The notes: generated by a model from the sequence alone, not told the origin. Counted from the first letter of the stretch, positions 36,653 through 45,366 are shown. The stretch is 64,000 bases of DNA from a virus (IMGVR_UViG_3300001687_000010), one strand, 5' to 3'. Numbers and translations: made by a program.

Positions 36653-37963
36653 ATGAAAAAACTTAGTCTAACTAAAATCGTAGGTATGGTCTTTATCGGC
36701 ACTCTCTTTATTATTGGTCTTATTTGTACGCCAATGATTTTTGAGACTGTTGAAAAAGGAACATACCAAGTTAAACAAGCCGCTGTAAGCGGTACAATGT
36801 CGGCCAAAATGACACCCGGACTTTGGTTACAAATGTTCGGTGATATTGATACTTGGCCAAAAGCTGAAACCTACTTTTTTACCGCAGAAAAAGATACTGA
36901 TGCCGGTGATGAAGATGGTGACGCTTCAATAGAAGTGAGGTTTAATGACGGTTCACTTTGTAAAATCAGTGGAACGCTTCGTATTGTAATGCCGACTACT
37001 GAAGGTGAAGCCATATCTCTTGTTGTTAACCGGGGTCATAAAACATATAATGACCTTCAGGAAAAACTTATTAAACCGACCCTTCGTAACGTCCTTCGTT
37101 CCACTGCCAACCTTATGTCGGCACGGGAATCTTATTCAGAAAAACGCCTTGATTTTATCACATGGTCACGTGACCAGATTAATAATGGCGTATATAAAAC
37201 TGAAGAAGAAGTCCGTGAGGTTACAGACCTTGTAACGGGCGAAAAAACTTGGCGTAAAGTCAAAAAGATTCGCACTGATAATAGTGGTACACCTTTATAT
37301 GAGTCCAATCCGTTAAATGGTTTGGGTATCCAATTGGCCAACTTTGAAATCAAGACATTCGTCTATGAGAAAAAAGTTCAGGAGCAGATTGCAGCCCAAC
37401 AGGAAGCACGGATGGCCGTGGAAACTGCTAAAGCAAAAGCCGAAGAAGCCAAACAGGAAGAGCTAAAAGCGGTTGCCGAAGGTAAGAAAAACGTAGCCAT
37501 TGCGAAGTACGAAAAAGAGCAGGAAAAAGTGAAAGCGGTTGTCGATGCTCAAAAGGCCAAAGAAGTTCAGGAGCTTGATGCTCAGAGAGACAAAAACGTT
37601 GCGGTTATTGCCGGTGAAAAACGTAAAGAAGTTGCCGCTCTTGATAAAGATGCCGCCGCTTTGAAAAAGCAAGAGCAAATCTTGTTAGGTCAGGGTGAAG
37701 CCGAAAGGAAGAAATTGGTATTAGCCGCTGACGGTGCTCTGGCGCAAAAACTTGAGACTTATGAACGGGTTAATGCTATGTACGCTGAAGCCATTAAAGG
37801 CTATAAAGGCAACTGGGTGCCGACTACTGTGTTAGGCGCAAGTGGTAACTCAGAAGCCGCTGGTGGCGCACAGACGCTTATTAATTTATTAACTGCTAAA
37901 ACCGCCGCTGACTTGGCACTTGATATGTCAGTTCCGGCCGGTGCATCCGTTGACAAAAAATAA
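36653..37963 (+). CDS. SPFH / band-7 (HflK/C- or flotillin-like) membrane protein
   Basis: N-terminal TM, SPFH-like core, then a long Ala/Lys/Glu-rich coiled coil. Confidence 0.6.
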   Translation: MKKLSLTKIVGMVFIGTLFIIGLICTPMIFETVEKGTYQVKQAAVSGTMSAKMTPGLWLQMFGDIDTWPKAETYFFTAEKDTDAGDEDGDASIEVRFNDGSLCKISGTLRIVMPTTEGEAISLVVNRGHKTYNDLQEKLIKPTLRNVLRSTANLMSARESYSEKRLDFITWSRDQINNGVYKTEEEVREVTDLVTGEKTWRKVKKIRTDNSGTPLYESNPLNGLGIQLANFEIKTFVYEKKVQEQIAAQQEARMAVETAKAKAEEAKQEELKAVAEGKKNVAIAKYEKEQEKVKAVVDAQKAKEVQELDAQRDKNVAVIAGEKRKEVAALDKDAAALKKQEQILLGQGEAERKKLVLAADGALAQKLETYERVNAMYAEAIKGYKGNWVPTTVLGASGNSEAAGGAQTLINLLTAKTAADLALDMSVPAGASVDKK

Positions 37964-38048
37964 GTCCTTTTAAGGCCAGATGGCTTGAGCTACGGTTCAA
38001 GCCATCGAGCAATATGAGGACAAAACATAACATAAAAAGGAGCAAACT

Positions 38049-38318
38049 ATGTTTATTCAGGCTATTATCGTAATATTATTACTTGTTGGTTTATTATATG
38101 CGTTCTGGCGTATATTTGTTAAAGATTGGCTTATTGATTTAGGTTATATCCCAAAGGAACCTAAAACACATTATACAGAACGACTGGATAAAACTCAAGA
38201 GAATTATGAAAATATAAAAGCCAGTACTGAAGCCGTTAAACAAGAAAAAAAGCTTGTCGGTGAGATTAAAAAGATGGAAAAGACCATCGAAGAAGCCGAT
38301 AATGAAATTGACAATTAA
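38049..38318 (+). CDS. small membrane protein
   Basis: N-terminal TM IQAIIVILLLVGLLYAFW. AAAGGAG RBS. Confidence 0.4.
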   Translation: MFIQAIIVILLLVGLLYAFWRIFVKDWLIDLGYIPKEPKTHYTERLDKTQENYENIKASTEAVKQEKKLVGEIKKMEKTIEEADNEIDN

Positions 38319-38384
38319 TTTTTTTGTTGACAATACTTCCTATTTAGTATATACTCGTGGTATAATTACGGATAGGAGTATGCT

Positions 38385-38861
38385 ATGGAATTAAAATATT
38401 CGGCTAAAGGTACGCCATATATTGATTTAGGCAAATATGGTCGATTGATATTCAGCAAGTATACCGCACACCCGGAATTGGGATATAAATATCTTGCGTA
38501 TAACAATAGTGGTTTCAAAAAAATAGCGACCACTATTGTTAATGCAGAAGGTAAAAAAGAACGGATATTTACATATAAGCAATTTCGGGATTCCGATATG
38601 TTTAACTTTAAGATGAAAAGGGATGAAAAGGGTATTAGGGGAATTCCACGTGGAACTATTCCGCAAAAAATAGGGCAAGCCTTAATACAGATATTTGATT
38701 CCTTAACCGAAGATGGTTATATGCCCTATTCTAATTTGGAATTATTAGGGACTATATTGACCGAATTGGATATGAACGAAATAAAGAAAGTGACGAAGAA
38801 AAAGGCGAGGAGAAGTATCAAGAAGGAGATTAAAAAGGTTGACGAAAAACGTAACGATTAG
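38385..38861 (+). CDS. hypothetical protein
   Basis: 158-aa ORF. Confidence 0.4.
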   Translation: MELKYSAKGTPYIDLGKYGRLIFSKYTAHPELGYKYLAYNNSGFKKIATTIVNAEGKKERIFTYKQFRDSDMFNFKMKRDEKGIRGIPRGTIPQKIGQALIQIFDSLTEDGYMPYSNLELLGTILTELDMNEIKKVTKKKARRSIKKEIKKVDEKRND

Positions 38862-39141
38862 ATTATATGATTGTAATAGATGTGGGAGAAACGGTTGTCG
38901 GGGAGATATCATTAGGGACGGAAAAGGCGGAATTAAAAAATTTATCGGCTGTCCGGGTATGGTAACACCAGATTATATGAGGTGTACGTTATTAGAACGG
39001 GCTTCAGAAAATCACGGTTCTTTTATAGCATTAGGAACTATATTAGAGCAAATGGATTTACAGTTTGACGAGATACCTCGATGGCCTTATTTTAGGTTTA
39101 TATTTAAAGAATCACAACAGGAAGTGCAGACCATAATTTAG
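38839..39141 (+). CDS. hypothetical protein
   Basis: 100-aa ORF. Confidence 0.4.
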   Translation: MTKNVTIRLYDCNRCGRNGCRGDIIRDGKGGIKKFIGCPGMVTPDYMRCTLLERASENHGSFIALGTILEQMDLQFDEIPRWPYFRFIFKESQQEVQTII

Positions 39142-39149
39142 GAGTCATC

Positions 39150-39296
39150 ATGTATAACAATATAACATCCGAAGACGATTTTGAAATGGAAGAAATCGAG
39201 TGCGATTGCGGAGACCCTGATTGTTTAATTTGCAATCCGCCAGAAGATGATTGTGAAAACGAAGGTGATGAGTGCGAACAATGCGGTGGCGGATGA
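39150..39296 (+). CDS. acidic Cys-rich micro-protein (48 aa)
   Basis: AGGAG RBS. CDCGDPDCLICNP...CEQCG. Not in the ORF track (shorter than 60 aa). Confidence 0.35.
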   Translation: MYNNITSEDDFEMEEIECDCGDPDCLICNPPEDDCENEGDECEQCGGG

Positions 39297-39319
39297 GGGA
39301 CTCAGCCGTAAACAGTTTG

Positions 39320-39348
39320 TTTACAAGTTCAGATTTTTGAGTTATAAT
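39320..39348 (+). promoter_or_regulatory. promoter GTTTGTTTACAAG-N17-TATAAT
   Basis: TTTACA / 17 nt / TATAAT read directly. Upstream of the small ORF at 39382. Confidence 0.55.
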
Positions 39349-39381
39349 ATATAAATAAGAAATGAGGAGAAGTTTAGACTA

Positions 39382-39531
39382 ATGTCCAGAACTGAATTTA
39401 TAACTATTCATAGAGAACGCCAAACGCTCATTAAGAGTGGCGGGACAATTGCGACCATGCCGAGACCTCTGTTTACAATGCCATCCCACTTATGGTATAA
39501 TATTAATGAATCAGAGGATAAAGGCGTATGA
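39382..39531 (+). CDS. small ORF (about 49 aa)
   Basis: GAGGAG RBS. Coordinates approximate. Confidence 0.3.
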   Translation: MSRTEFITIHRERQTLIKSGGTIATMPRPLFTMPSHLWYNINESEDKGV

Positions 39532-39566
39532 TTGGATAGAGTGTATATATAGATTTTTATAAAACC

Positions 39567-39601
39567 CTCTATCCACATACCGGATAGGGGGTTTTTTTAT
39601 T
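39567..39601 (+). terminator. rho-independent terminator
   Basis: 10-bp stem CCCTCTATCC/GGATAGGGGG (one G-U pair) with a 7-nt loop, followed by TTTTTTT. Confidence 0.6.
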
Positions 39602-39604
39602 GTT

Positions 39605-39844
39605 ATGAACATTTATGACCCAAAAAATAAAGATGTGGTAAACGCCATTAAGTTTTGCCTTAATTGGGGAAACGGTATGAAATTACTCGGTGTTAAATAC
39701 AGCACTGATAAAGAGATATATAAATGCCGAGTGTTTGACCCTAACTGGGGCGGACGAACCACAATCCGGTTAGATGAGAAGTTTGTACGCCATGCAATCC
39801 AATGGATACAGAAAGGTGGTAAGGCATTATGGACTGGCAATTAA
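39605..39844 (+). CDS. hypothetical protein
   Basis: 79-aa ORF. Confidence 0.4.
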   Translation: MNIYDPKNKDVVNAIKFCLNWGNGMKLLGVKYSTDKEIYKCRVFDPNWGGRTTIRLDEKFVRHAIQWIQKGGKALWTGN

Positions 39845-40062
39845 GAGTTGTTAAACAATACAGAGATGTTCCTTATGGACAGGGTAAAAAAGATTGGTTT
39901 TACGGCATATTTGAAGTGCTATTAAATGAAGATGGGGAACTTCTTTGTATGGGATTAGACCCTATCGCACCTATGCCCACGGAATTTGAAGAGCTAAGAG
40001 GGGACGTTGTAAGAATGCTCGACTCAATGGGTAAGCCTGTTTTAGAATGGCAAGGCTTGTAA
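39829..40062 (+). CDS. hypothetical protein
   Basis: 77-aa ORF. Confidence 0.4.
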   Translation: MDWQLRVVKQYRDVPYGQGKKDWFYGIFEVLLNEDGELLCMGLDPIAPMPTEFEELRGDVVRMLDSMGKPVLEWQGL

Positions 40063-40340
40063 ACCCTTAATTAACGGGGCTTGACGGGTAGTATTTAGAG
40101 TAGTAAAATTATATCTACTCTCATAAACTGAACCGGATTCAGTGGCCAAAAGTGGCGTTTTCAGAGGATCCGGGTGAAATGGTATAAGTACCCGAATTCA
40201 TTACACCCGAGTCCCTATACTGTTATAAGGGGATAGACGAGAAAATCGATTGTGTGGCCTCTCACGGGGCCGGTTGAAAGCACCTATAAAAACGGGCATT
40301 TATGGGGCAATTTTCACTGAATAAGGTTCATTAATTATAA

Positions 40341-40415
40341 GCGGGTATGGTGTTAGTGGTAGCACGATTGATTGCCTATCAGTAAGGCTCGGTTCGAGTC
40401 CGAGTACTCGCTCCA
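40341..40415 (+). tRNA. tRNA-Gly (anticodon GCC)
   Basis: Cloverleaf parsed by hand: acceptor GCGGGTA/TACTCGC, anticodon loop TTGCCTA, T-loop TTCGAGT, encoded CCA. Confidence 0.7.
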
Positions 40416-40434
40416 AAAGGTTTTGTGATGGAAT

Positions 40435-40512
40435 CGGGAATTAGTGTTTAACGGACAAGCACGAGGCATTTGGGATGCTTTAGACTCGGTTCAAATCCGG
40501 GATTCCCGACCA
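40435..40512 (+). tRNA. tRNA-Pro (anticodon TGG)
   Basis: Acceptor CGGGAAT/ATTCCCG, anticodon loop TTTGGGA, T-loop TTCAAAT, CCA. Confidence 0.65.
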
Positions 40513-40603
40513 AATAAAAAACGGACCCGAGGCGAAAGTTGCCGATGAGTCTCCAAAACTCATGTCGATGGGGAGCATTACCTCACGGGTCTGCCAGATA
40601 TAA

Positions 40604-40679
40604 TGCAGGGTAGCTTAATTGGCAAAGCGTCTGACTGTTAATCAGAAAGATGGAGGTTCGATGCCTCTCCCTGCAGCCA
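40604..40679 (+). tRNA. tRNA-Asn (anticodon GTT)
   Basis: Acceptor TGCAGGG/CCCTGCA, D-arm GCTT-AATTGGCA-AAGC, anticodon loop CTGTTAA, CCA. Confidence 0.75.
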
Positions 40680-40692
40680 AAAAATATAATAT

Positions 40693-40771
40693 GCAGAGGT
40701 AGCTCAGTCCGGTAGCAGCTCTTGGGTGAAGTCCAAGGTAGTCGGGGGTTCAAATCCTCCTCTCTGCACCA
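40693..40771 (+). tRNA. tRNA-Phe (anticodon GAA)
   Basis: Acceptor GCAGAGG/TCTCTGC, anticodon stem CTTGG/CCAAG with loop GTGAAGT, CCA. Confidence 0.7.
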
Positions 40772-40776
40772 GTTTT

Positions 40777-40852
40777 GGTCGGCTCGTCCAAATGGCAAGG
40801 ACGCTCGCCTGATTAGCGAGAAATCAAGGTTCGAATCCTTGGCTGACTACCA
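40777..40852 (+). tRNA. tRNA-Ile (anticodon GAT)
   Basis: D-arm GTCC-AAATGGCAA-GGAC, anticodon stem CTCGC/GCGAG with loop CTGATTA, CCA. Confidence 0.7.
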
Positions 40853-40864
40853 AATAAAATATGA

Positions 40865-40939
40865 TGCGGAGTAGAGGAGTGGTCACCTTACAAGGCTCAT
40901 AACCTTGAGACACGGGTTCAAATCCCGTCTCCGCTACCA
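40865..40939 (+). tRNA. tRNA-Met (anticodon CAT), 1:72 mismatch
   Basis: Anticodon stem CAAGG/CCTTG with loop CTCATAA. The T1-T72 mismatch could indicate an initiator-type or aberrant acceptor. Confidence 0.6.
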
Positions 40940-40944
40940 ATTTT

Positions 40945-41022
40945 GCTGGCATCTTCTAAAAGGAATAGGCTGCAAGCCTTTCAAGCTTGACGATGCGGGT
41001 TCGAATCCCGCTGCCAGCACCA
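40945..41022 (+). tRNA. tRNA (anticodon probably TTC, Glu) with atypical D-arm
   Basis: Perfect acceptor GCTGGCA/TGCCAGC, T-arm GCGGG-TTCGAAT-CCCGC, anticodon stem CAAGC/GCTTG with loop CTTTCAA. The D-region does not fold canonically. Confidence 0.5.
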
Positions 41023-41482
41023 GTTTCAAGGATGGTTACAGCAAACAAAATCATTCCATTGTAAGGACGTGGTTGTGGGTTCGAGTCCCACTCCGTGGTT
41101 GTGGGTTCGAGTCCCACTCCCGGCCCCAAAATTATGGCCGGGATAGCTCAATGGGTAGAGCACGAAGATAATACCATCCTGACTTTTTAAGGGGCAGTCC
41201 CTGTTGGATATTTTTGCAAGAGGGTGTCTGGCAGGGGATTAAAATTTACCCTGCATAAGGATAATTACAGCAAAGAACACTTGGTTAAAGAGGTTCAATT
41301 CCTTACTGCCCCGCCAATTTTGGACCCTAAATGATGCTAATAGGGAATTAGCACTTTGTGAAGATAGGCCAATCTTTGTATGCAAAGTCCGGTTCGATTC
41401 CGGTGCGAAGCAGTGGACTGCATTTCTGTTAGCGCAGAAATTAGTTAGGTTCGATTCCTAACCGTTTAGGGTTTAATTTAAT

Positions 41483-41558
41483 GGGCCTGTGGTGTAATAG
41501 GGAACACGGAACCCTTGCAAGGTTTAAGCTGAGAGTTCGAGTCTCTCCGGGTCCACCA
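41483..41558 (+). tRNA. tRNA-Ala (anticodon TGC)
   Basis: Acceptor GGGCCTG/CGGGTCC (two G-U pairs), D-arm GTGT-AATAGGGA-ACAC, anticodon loop CTTGCAA, CCA. Confidence 0.7.
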
Positions 41559-41741
41559 TTTGACAATTTTACGCAATAGACGTAAAAAAATTAAGGCTTT
41601 TGTGTTATGGAGTCATATTTAGAATATAATATGCGGATGTTACGAAGTAAAGTTAGAGTGGCTAAAGAGGCTAAAAAAAATGACTGGCCTGACCTATATA
41701 GATATTCTATAAAATCAGCGGAAGAATTAATTGAAGAATTA

Positions 41742-41827
41742 GGAGAGTACCTCAATTCGGTGATAAACAAGGTTTGAACCCTTGGGCATGGTAAAACATG
41801 GGCGTTCGATTCGTCTACTCTCCTCCA
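41742..41827 (+). tRNA. tRNA-Ser (anticodon TGA), class II
   Basis: Perfect acceptor GGAGAGT/ACTCTCC, anticodon stem CAAGG/CCTTG with loop TTTGAAC, long variable arm CATG-GTAAAA-CATG, CCA. 86 nt. Confidence 0.65.
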
Positions 41828-41842
41828 AAAAGGACTTGACTT

Positions 41843-42013
41843 ATGAAATGGTGCGATTTATTATGTAAGTACGCTGAATGGCCGGATAAGATTCAAGACG
41901 GGTCAAAATCCTGTCAGACGTTTGTCGGGCTATATTGTAAGAAAAAGAAGCGAATAGTTTATAAAAATCAACCTTGTGATGAGAAAGAAGAGGTAAAATG
42001 TTATGGATGCTAA
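41843..42013 (+). CDS. Cys-rich micro-protein (56 aa)
   Basis: MKWCDLLCKY...KCYGC. In frame up to the start of the ORF at 42003. Not in the ORF track. Confidence 0.35.
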   Translation: MKWCDLLCKYAEWPDKIQDGSKSCQTFVGLYCKKKKRIVYKNQPCDEKEEVKCYGC

Positions 42014-42194
42014 AGTATTACGTTGTTTAATGGAAGGGGATTTAGAAGAAAGATTTGATAAAATTACGTTTTTTCTCTGCGATTTGGTGGTAGACGCAGT
42101 TGAAAAGTGGCTTAGTTTATGCGAATGGGTCGGGGATAAAGCAATTATAGTTTTTGATGGCATATTTAATCCGGCTGAGTTAGGACCACGATAA
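42003..42194 (+). CDS. hypothetical small protein
   Basis: 63-aa ORF. Confidence 0.35.
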   Translation: MDAKVLRCLMEGDLEERFDKITFFLCDLVVDAVEKWLSLCEWVGDKAIIVFDGIFNPAELGPR

Positions 42195-42442
42195 TGGCTC
42201 ACGACTGGAAATATGTAAATATCACTCCCGGTACGAAATATTTTAAATATTTCGGTTGCCATGACCTTAGAGAGTGCCGAAAATGTGGCAAAATACAGGC
42301 AAAACACGCCGATTATATTTGGGGTCGGGTAAGTGGATATTATTGGGAACCCAAAGTCGGACGTTGTCCTACCGATAAAAAGGGAGATAAAAATGATAGC
42401 ATCAATGGCACAAGGAAGAAGATTAAAGTATCAAATGGCTAA
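42194..42442 (+). CDS. Cys-rich small protein (zinc-ribbon-like)
   Basis: CHDLRECRKCG...GRCP. Confidence 0.4.
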   Translation: MAHDWKYVNITPGTKYFKYFGCHDLRECRKCGKIQAKHADYIWGRVSGYYWEPKVGRCPTDKKGDKNDSINGTRKKIKVSNG

Positions 42443-42614
42443 ATTTACTGATGGTCAACTCAAAACAGTAAAAAAGAAATACCCTGCGCTTGCCGATATG
42501 ATTGATGAACTTTTAAAATGGCCAGAGCATATTAGAAAGGAAGATGGGTTTGACCCTGATAAATGCAATTGCCCTGATTGCCGTGATGAAAGGAAAAAAG
42601 CAAAAAAAAGCTAA
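42393..42614 (+). CDS. small protein with CxxC...CxxC (start at internal Met)
   Basis: SD AAGGGAGATAAAA directly upstream. The same SD string precedes the ORF at 42684. Confidence 0.4.
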   Translation: MIASMAQGRRLKYQMAKFTDGQLKTVKKKYPALADMIDELLKWPEHIRKEDGFDPDKCNCPDCRDERKKAKKS

Positions 42615-42683
42615 AGTTTCCCTTGACTCTGCCGATATATTGTTATAGGATAAAGGTATAACAATAAAAAAGGGAGATAAAAA

Positions 42684-42908
42684 ATGGGATGGACAAAAGT
42701 TACGGATAAAAAGTTTGCTACCGAATTAAGCGATATTGAAGCCTATCAACTGGCTACACAGGGCAAGCAAGTTCGTTGCCCGAAATGTCGGGTATATATC
42801 CCGAATATTTTAGTCGGATGCAAACACGCTATGGATAAAGAAGGTGATGTTACGCATTTTACCCTTCGACATGGTTGTGGCGCAAATTTAGTTATCTTTA
42901 ACGATTAA
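42684..42908 (+). CDS. zinc-ribbon small protein
   Basis: SD AAGGGAGATAAAA. CPKCRV...CKHA...HGCG. Confidence 0.45.
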   Translation: MGWTKVTDKKFATELSDIEAYQLATQGKQVRCPKCRVYIPNILVGCKHAMDKEGDVTHFTLRHGCGANLVIFND

Positions 42909-42925
42909 TATAAAAGGTGATAAAA

Positions 42926-43111
42926 ATGGGTTTTAATAACGGCATTATTAATAAGGTAGAAAAACCCGTACAATATCGAGTTAGGGCAGAACATACAAGC
43001 GGTAAAATGCTTAATGTACTTATTACGGGTAAAACCATTCAACAGATTCATCAAACCTTCGGTAAACATGGTTTTGTTGTTAATCGATGGTCGAAAGTAG
43101 AAGGGAGTTAG
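42926..43111 (+). CDS. hypothetical small protein
   Basis: SD AAAGGTGATAAAA precedes the internal ATG. Confidence 0.4.
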   Translation: MGFNNGIINKVEKPVQYRVRAEHTSGKMLNVLITGKTIQQIHQTFGKHGFVVNRWSKVEGS

Positions 43112-43117
43112 TTAGTA

Positions 43118-43318
43118 ATGTGCGAAAAATGCGTCAGACGACATAAAAGACTTGGCTTGCCGAAATGGTTTTCTTACGGTAAAGCCAAAGTTTATGCCCA
43201 TCGTTTAGTTAATGGGGAACCGATTCCGCTTTTTTACGATAGACGTGTTAACGTAGCAATCGAAGCGCACGTCCATAAAATCGAAAGAGTAAGAAGTAAA
43301 AATGAAAAAGTTAATTGA
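43118..43318 (+). CDS. hypothetical small protein
   Basis: 66-aa ORF. Confidence 0.4.
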   Translation: MCEKCVRRHKRLGLPKWFSYGKAKVYAHRLVNGEPIPLFYDRRVNVAIEAHVHKIERVRSKNEKVN

Positions 43319-43514
43319 CAATTGGGAAGAGTTAGGCTATAATAGTTATGAACGAACAGTCGGCACTTTTCCCGTACTATGTAATACAATTTATTGCCGT
43401 CATAGCGAATATCGAGAGTATTTAGGCGGATATTATTGTAATTTTTTAGGCCGAATGGTTGAAAACGGTCAAATTTGTAAAGGAGAAAAAGATGCCAGAG
43501 AAGCGACAGCATGA
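43302..43514 (+). CDS. Cys-rich small protein
   Basis: 70-aa ORF. Confidence 0.35.
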   Translation: MKKLIDNWEELGYNSYERTVGTFPVLCNTIYCRHSEYREYLGGYYCNFLGRMVENGQICKGEKDAREATA

Positions 43515-43647
43515 AAAGGTGATTGAAACGCCTGATTTTACAGTTGCAAAATATGTTTACACCGACCATGCAGGAAACCCGATTTATTTTGACGGTGTAG
43601 TGTACTGGGTTGTATTGCCTAACGGTATTATAGAAAATTACGGTTAA
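43492..43647 (+). CDS. hypothetical small protein (start at internal Met)
   Basis: SD AAAGGAGAAAAAG upstream. Confidence 0.4.
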   Translation: MPEKRQHEKVIETPDFTVAKYVYTDHAGNPIYFDGVVYWVVLPNGIIENYG

Positions 43648-43716
43648 AAAATAGGTGGGCTTCGGGGAACCAAGCCGGGAAAGGGATGGGTAATTTCTAT
43701 AAGAAAGGGCCAAACG

Positions 43717-43863
43717 ATGTCATCTAAAGAAATTGTCGTCAAAAACACGGAGTTAGAAGTTAACATTTATCCGGTTGTTATTTGCCCTAAATGCAATGAG
43801 GTTATGAAATTTAAACCGACTGGCAGAACGGGTGAAATGATTTGTGGGTGTAAAGATGAATAA
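43717..43863 (+). CDS. zinc-ribbon micro-protein (48 aa)
   Basis: CPKCN...CGC. Coordinates approximate. Not in the ORF track. Confidence 0.3.
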   Translation: MSSKEIVVKNTELEVNIYPVVICPKCNEVMKFKPTGRTGEMICGCKDE

Positions 43864-44218
43864 ATATGTTATCGCAATGACTATTGAAGATATGGGTTCA
43901 GGTGTTACCGATATCTATCAAGATGTTTTTAAAGGGGATAATAAATACGAAGCGTTAGGTCGGGCTTTTGAACGCTTTAGCCAAGCCGGTGTAGTCCATA
44001 AATATCAGGTCACATTGGTTGAGCGTGACGCAAGAAAAAATAGTTGGCCTGAACATCTTGATAAATACGCTAAATTTTTAAAAGAAGGGCAGAAAATACA
44101 GGCTATTAAATTCCGCCGAGAAGAAACTGGCGAGGGATTAAAGGATGCTAAACATTTTATCGACCATTTAGTTGATAAATATCCCGATATATATAAACGA
44201 CCAACTTCGGAGTGGTAA
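43856..44218 (+). CDS. hypothetical protein
   Basis: Starts at the internal ATG (MNKYVIAM...). Confidence 0.45.
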   Translation: MNKYVIAMTIEDMGSGVTDIYQDVFKGDNKYEALGRAFERFSQAGVVHKYQVTLVERDARKNSWPEHLDKYAKFLKEGQKIQAIKFRREETGEGLKDAKHFIDHLVDKYPDIYKRPTSEW

Positions 44219-44346
44219 AATGCCGATTAATGGGGGATGTTCCCGCTTGCGGTCTGTAAAACCGTTGCACGTAAAAAGAATTGTGGGTGGTTGTGCGAGT
44301 AGTTCGATTCTTCCATCCCCCACCACCAAAAAAAGAAAGGCCGATA

Positions 44347-44541
44347 ATGGATAAAGATAAGGCCGAAATTGTTATCGAAAAATGCCAAGCTCTGGCTACC
44401 GACAAAGGCGCAACTAAAGGTGAGCGAATTGTTGCTAACCATAAGGCGCAGACATTAATCGATAAGCATATAAACGATTCTAATATCTGGATAGCCGATA
44501 CCATATGGATGCCTGACGCATGGTTTATAAGAAAGGGATAA
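44347..44541 (+). CDS. hypothetical small protein
   Basis: Start at MDKDK, preceded by an A-rich SD. Confidence 0.4.
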   Translation: MDKDKAEIVIEKCQALATDKGATKGERIVANHKAQTLIDKHINDSNIWIADTIWMPDAWFIRKG

Positions 44542-44765
44542 ATGATTGATACCTTAATATTAATTGGTGGGTTTATCCTTGCTATGTATTGTGGTGTTAA
44601 AATTTGGTGCAGTAAAAGCCAGAGAGACAGCTTTTTGACCGAAGAAGAAAGGAATGCGCTAAATGGATATAAAGGACTTGATAAAGATTTGTAACACCTG
44701 TCCGTACCGGAATAAACAGGATAATATGTATTTTATGGCGTGGTGGTCACACTGCCAAAAAGAAT

Positions 44766-45041
44766 GTGAGTTATTGGCTAATGTGGAGAAGTTTAAAAAG
44801 AATTTTGAATCCTGACCTTGTTTATTGGATTGATAGCCATATTGAATATATTAAAGATTATTTTTATATTCTAAAAACCAATGTTGATTATGATTTAGGC
44901 TTACATCCAGACCATGATGCTTACAGGGAACCGGATGAAGATGAAAATATCTGGCGTTTAGAACGCATGGGTATTGAAAATCACGATTATTATAAAAAAG
45001 AATGGGTATGGGATAGCCGAAAAGATTGGGACGAAGGATAA
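44766..45041 (+). CDS. hypothetical protein
   Basis: 91-aa ORF. Confidence 0.4.
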   Translation: MSYWLMWRSLKRILNPDLVYWIDSHIEYIKDYFYILKTNVDYDLGLHPDHDAYREPDEDENIWRLERMGIENHDYYKKEWVWDSRKDWDEG

Positions 45042-45058
45042 ATGAAATGAACAAATAC

Positions 45059-45132
45059 GGCCCGTTAGTTTAGTGGTAAAATGGGTGGCTGTCGACCACT
45101 CGTTAGGGGTTCGATTCCCCTACGGGCCGCCA
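45059..45132 (+). tRNA. tRNA-Asp (anticodon GTC)
   Basis: Perfect acceptor GGCCCGT/ACGGGCC, anticodon stem GGTGG/CCACT with loop CTGTCGA, T-arm AGGGG-TTCGATT-CCCCT, CCA. Confidence 0.75.
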
Positions 45133-45153
45133 TTTAAAAATGTGAGGTGACTA

Positions 45154-45366
45154 ATGGATTGCCCTAAATGCAATTTTTGGATATCAGATAGAGTATCCGA
45201 ATTTTTTGACCATAAAAGAGGTATGGTTGTAAACAAATGGGTCTGTATAAATTGTGGCCATATTTATATCACAGAGGATAAAATCGAAGATGTACTGGGG
45301 GAAGTAAACAGCATTCCGCCAGAATATTATATAGACGACTGGGATGAAGATGATACCAGTATTTAG
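45154..45366 (+). CDS. zinc-ribbon small protein
   Basis: CPKCN...CINCG. Confidence 0.45.
   Translation: MDCPKCNFWISDRVSEFFDHKRGMVVNKWVCINCGHIYITEDKIEDVLGEVNSIPPEYYIDDWDEDDTSI

Noticed and set aside
40905-41171. 88-aa track ORF running through tRNA-Met, tRNA(TTC) and the duplicated T-arm block
   Set aside because: It is composed entirely of tRNA and tRNA-like sequence. Its start is a TTG inside tRNA-Met. It is almost certainly not coding.
41930-42307. 125-aa minus-strand ORF
   Set aside because: It lies antisense to three plus-strand small ORFs that have RBSs. It is the only minus ORF in a 17-kb all-plus region.
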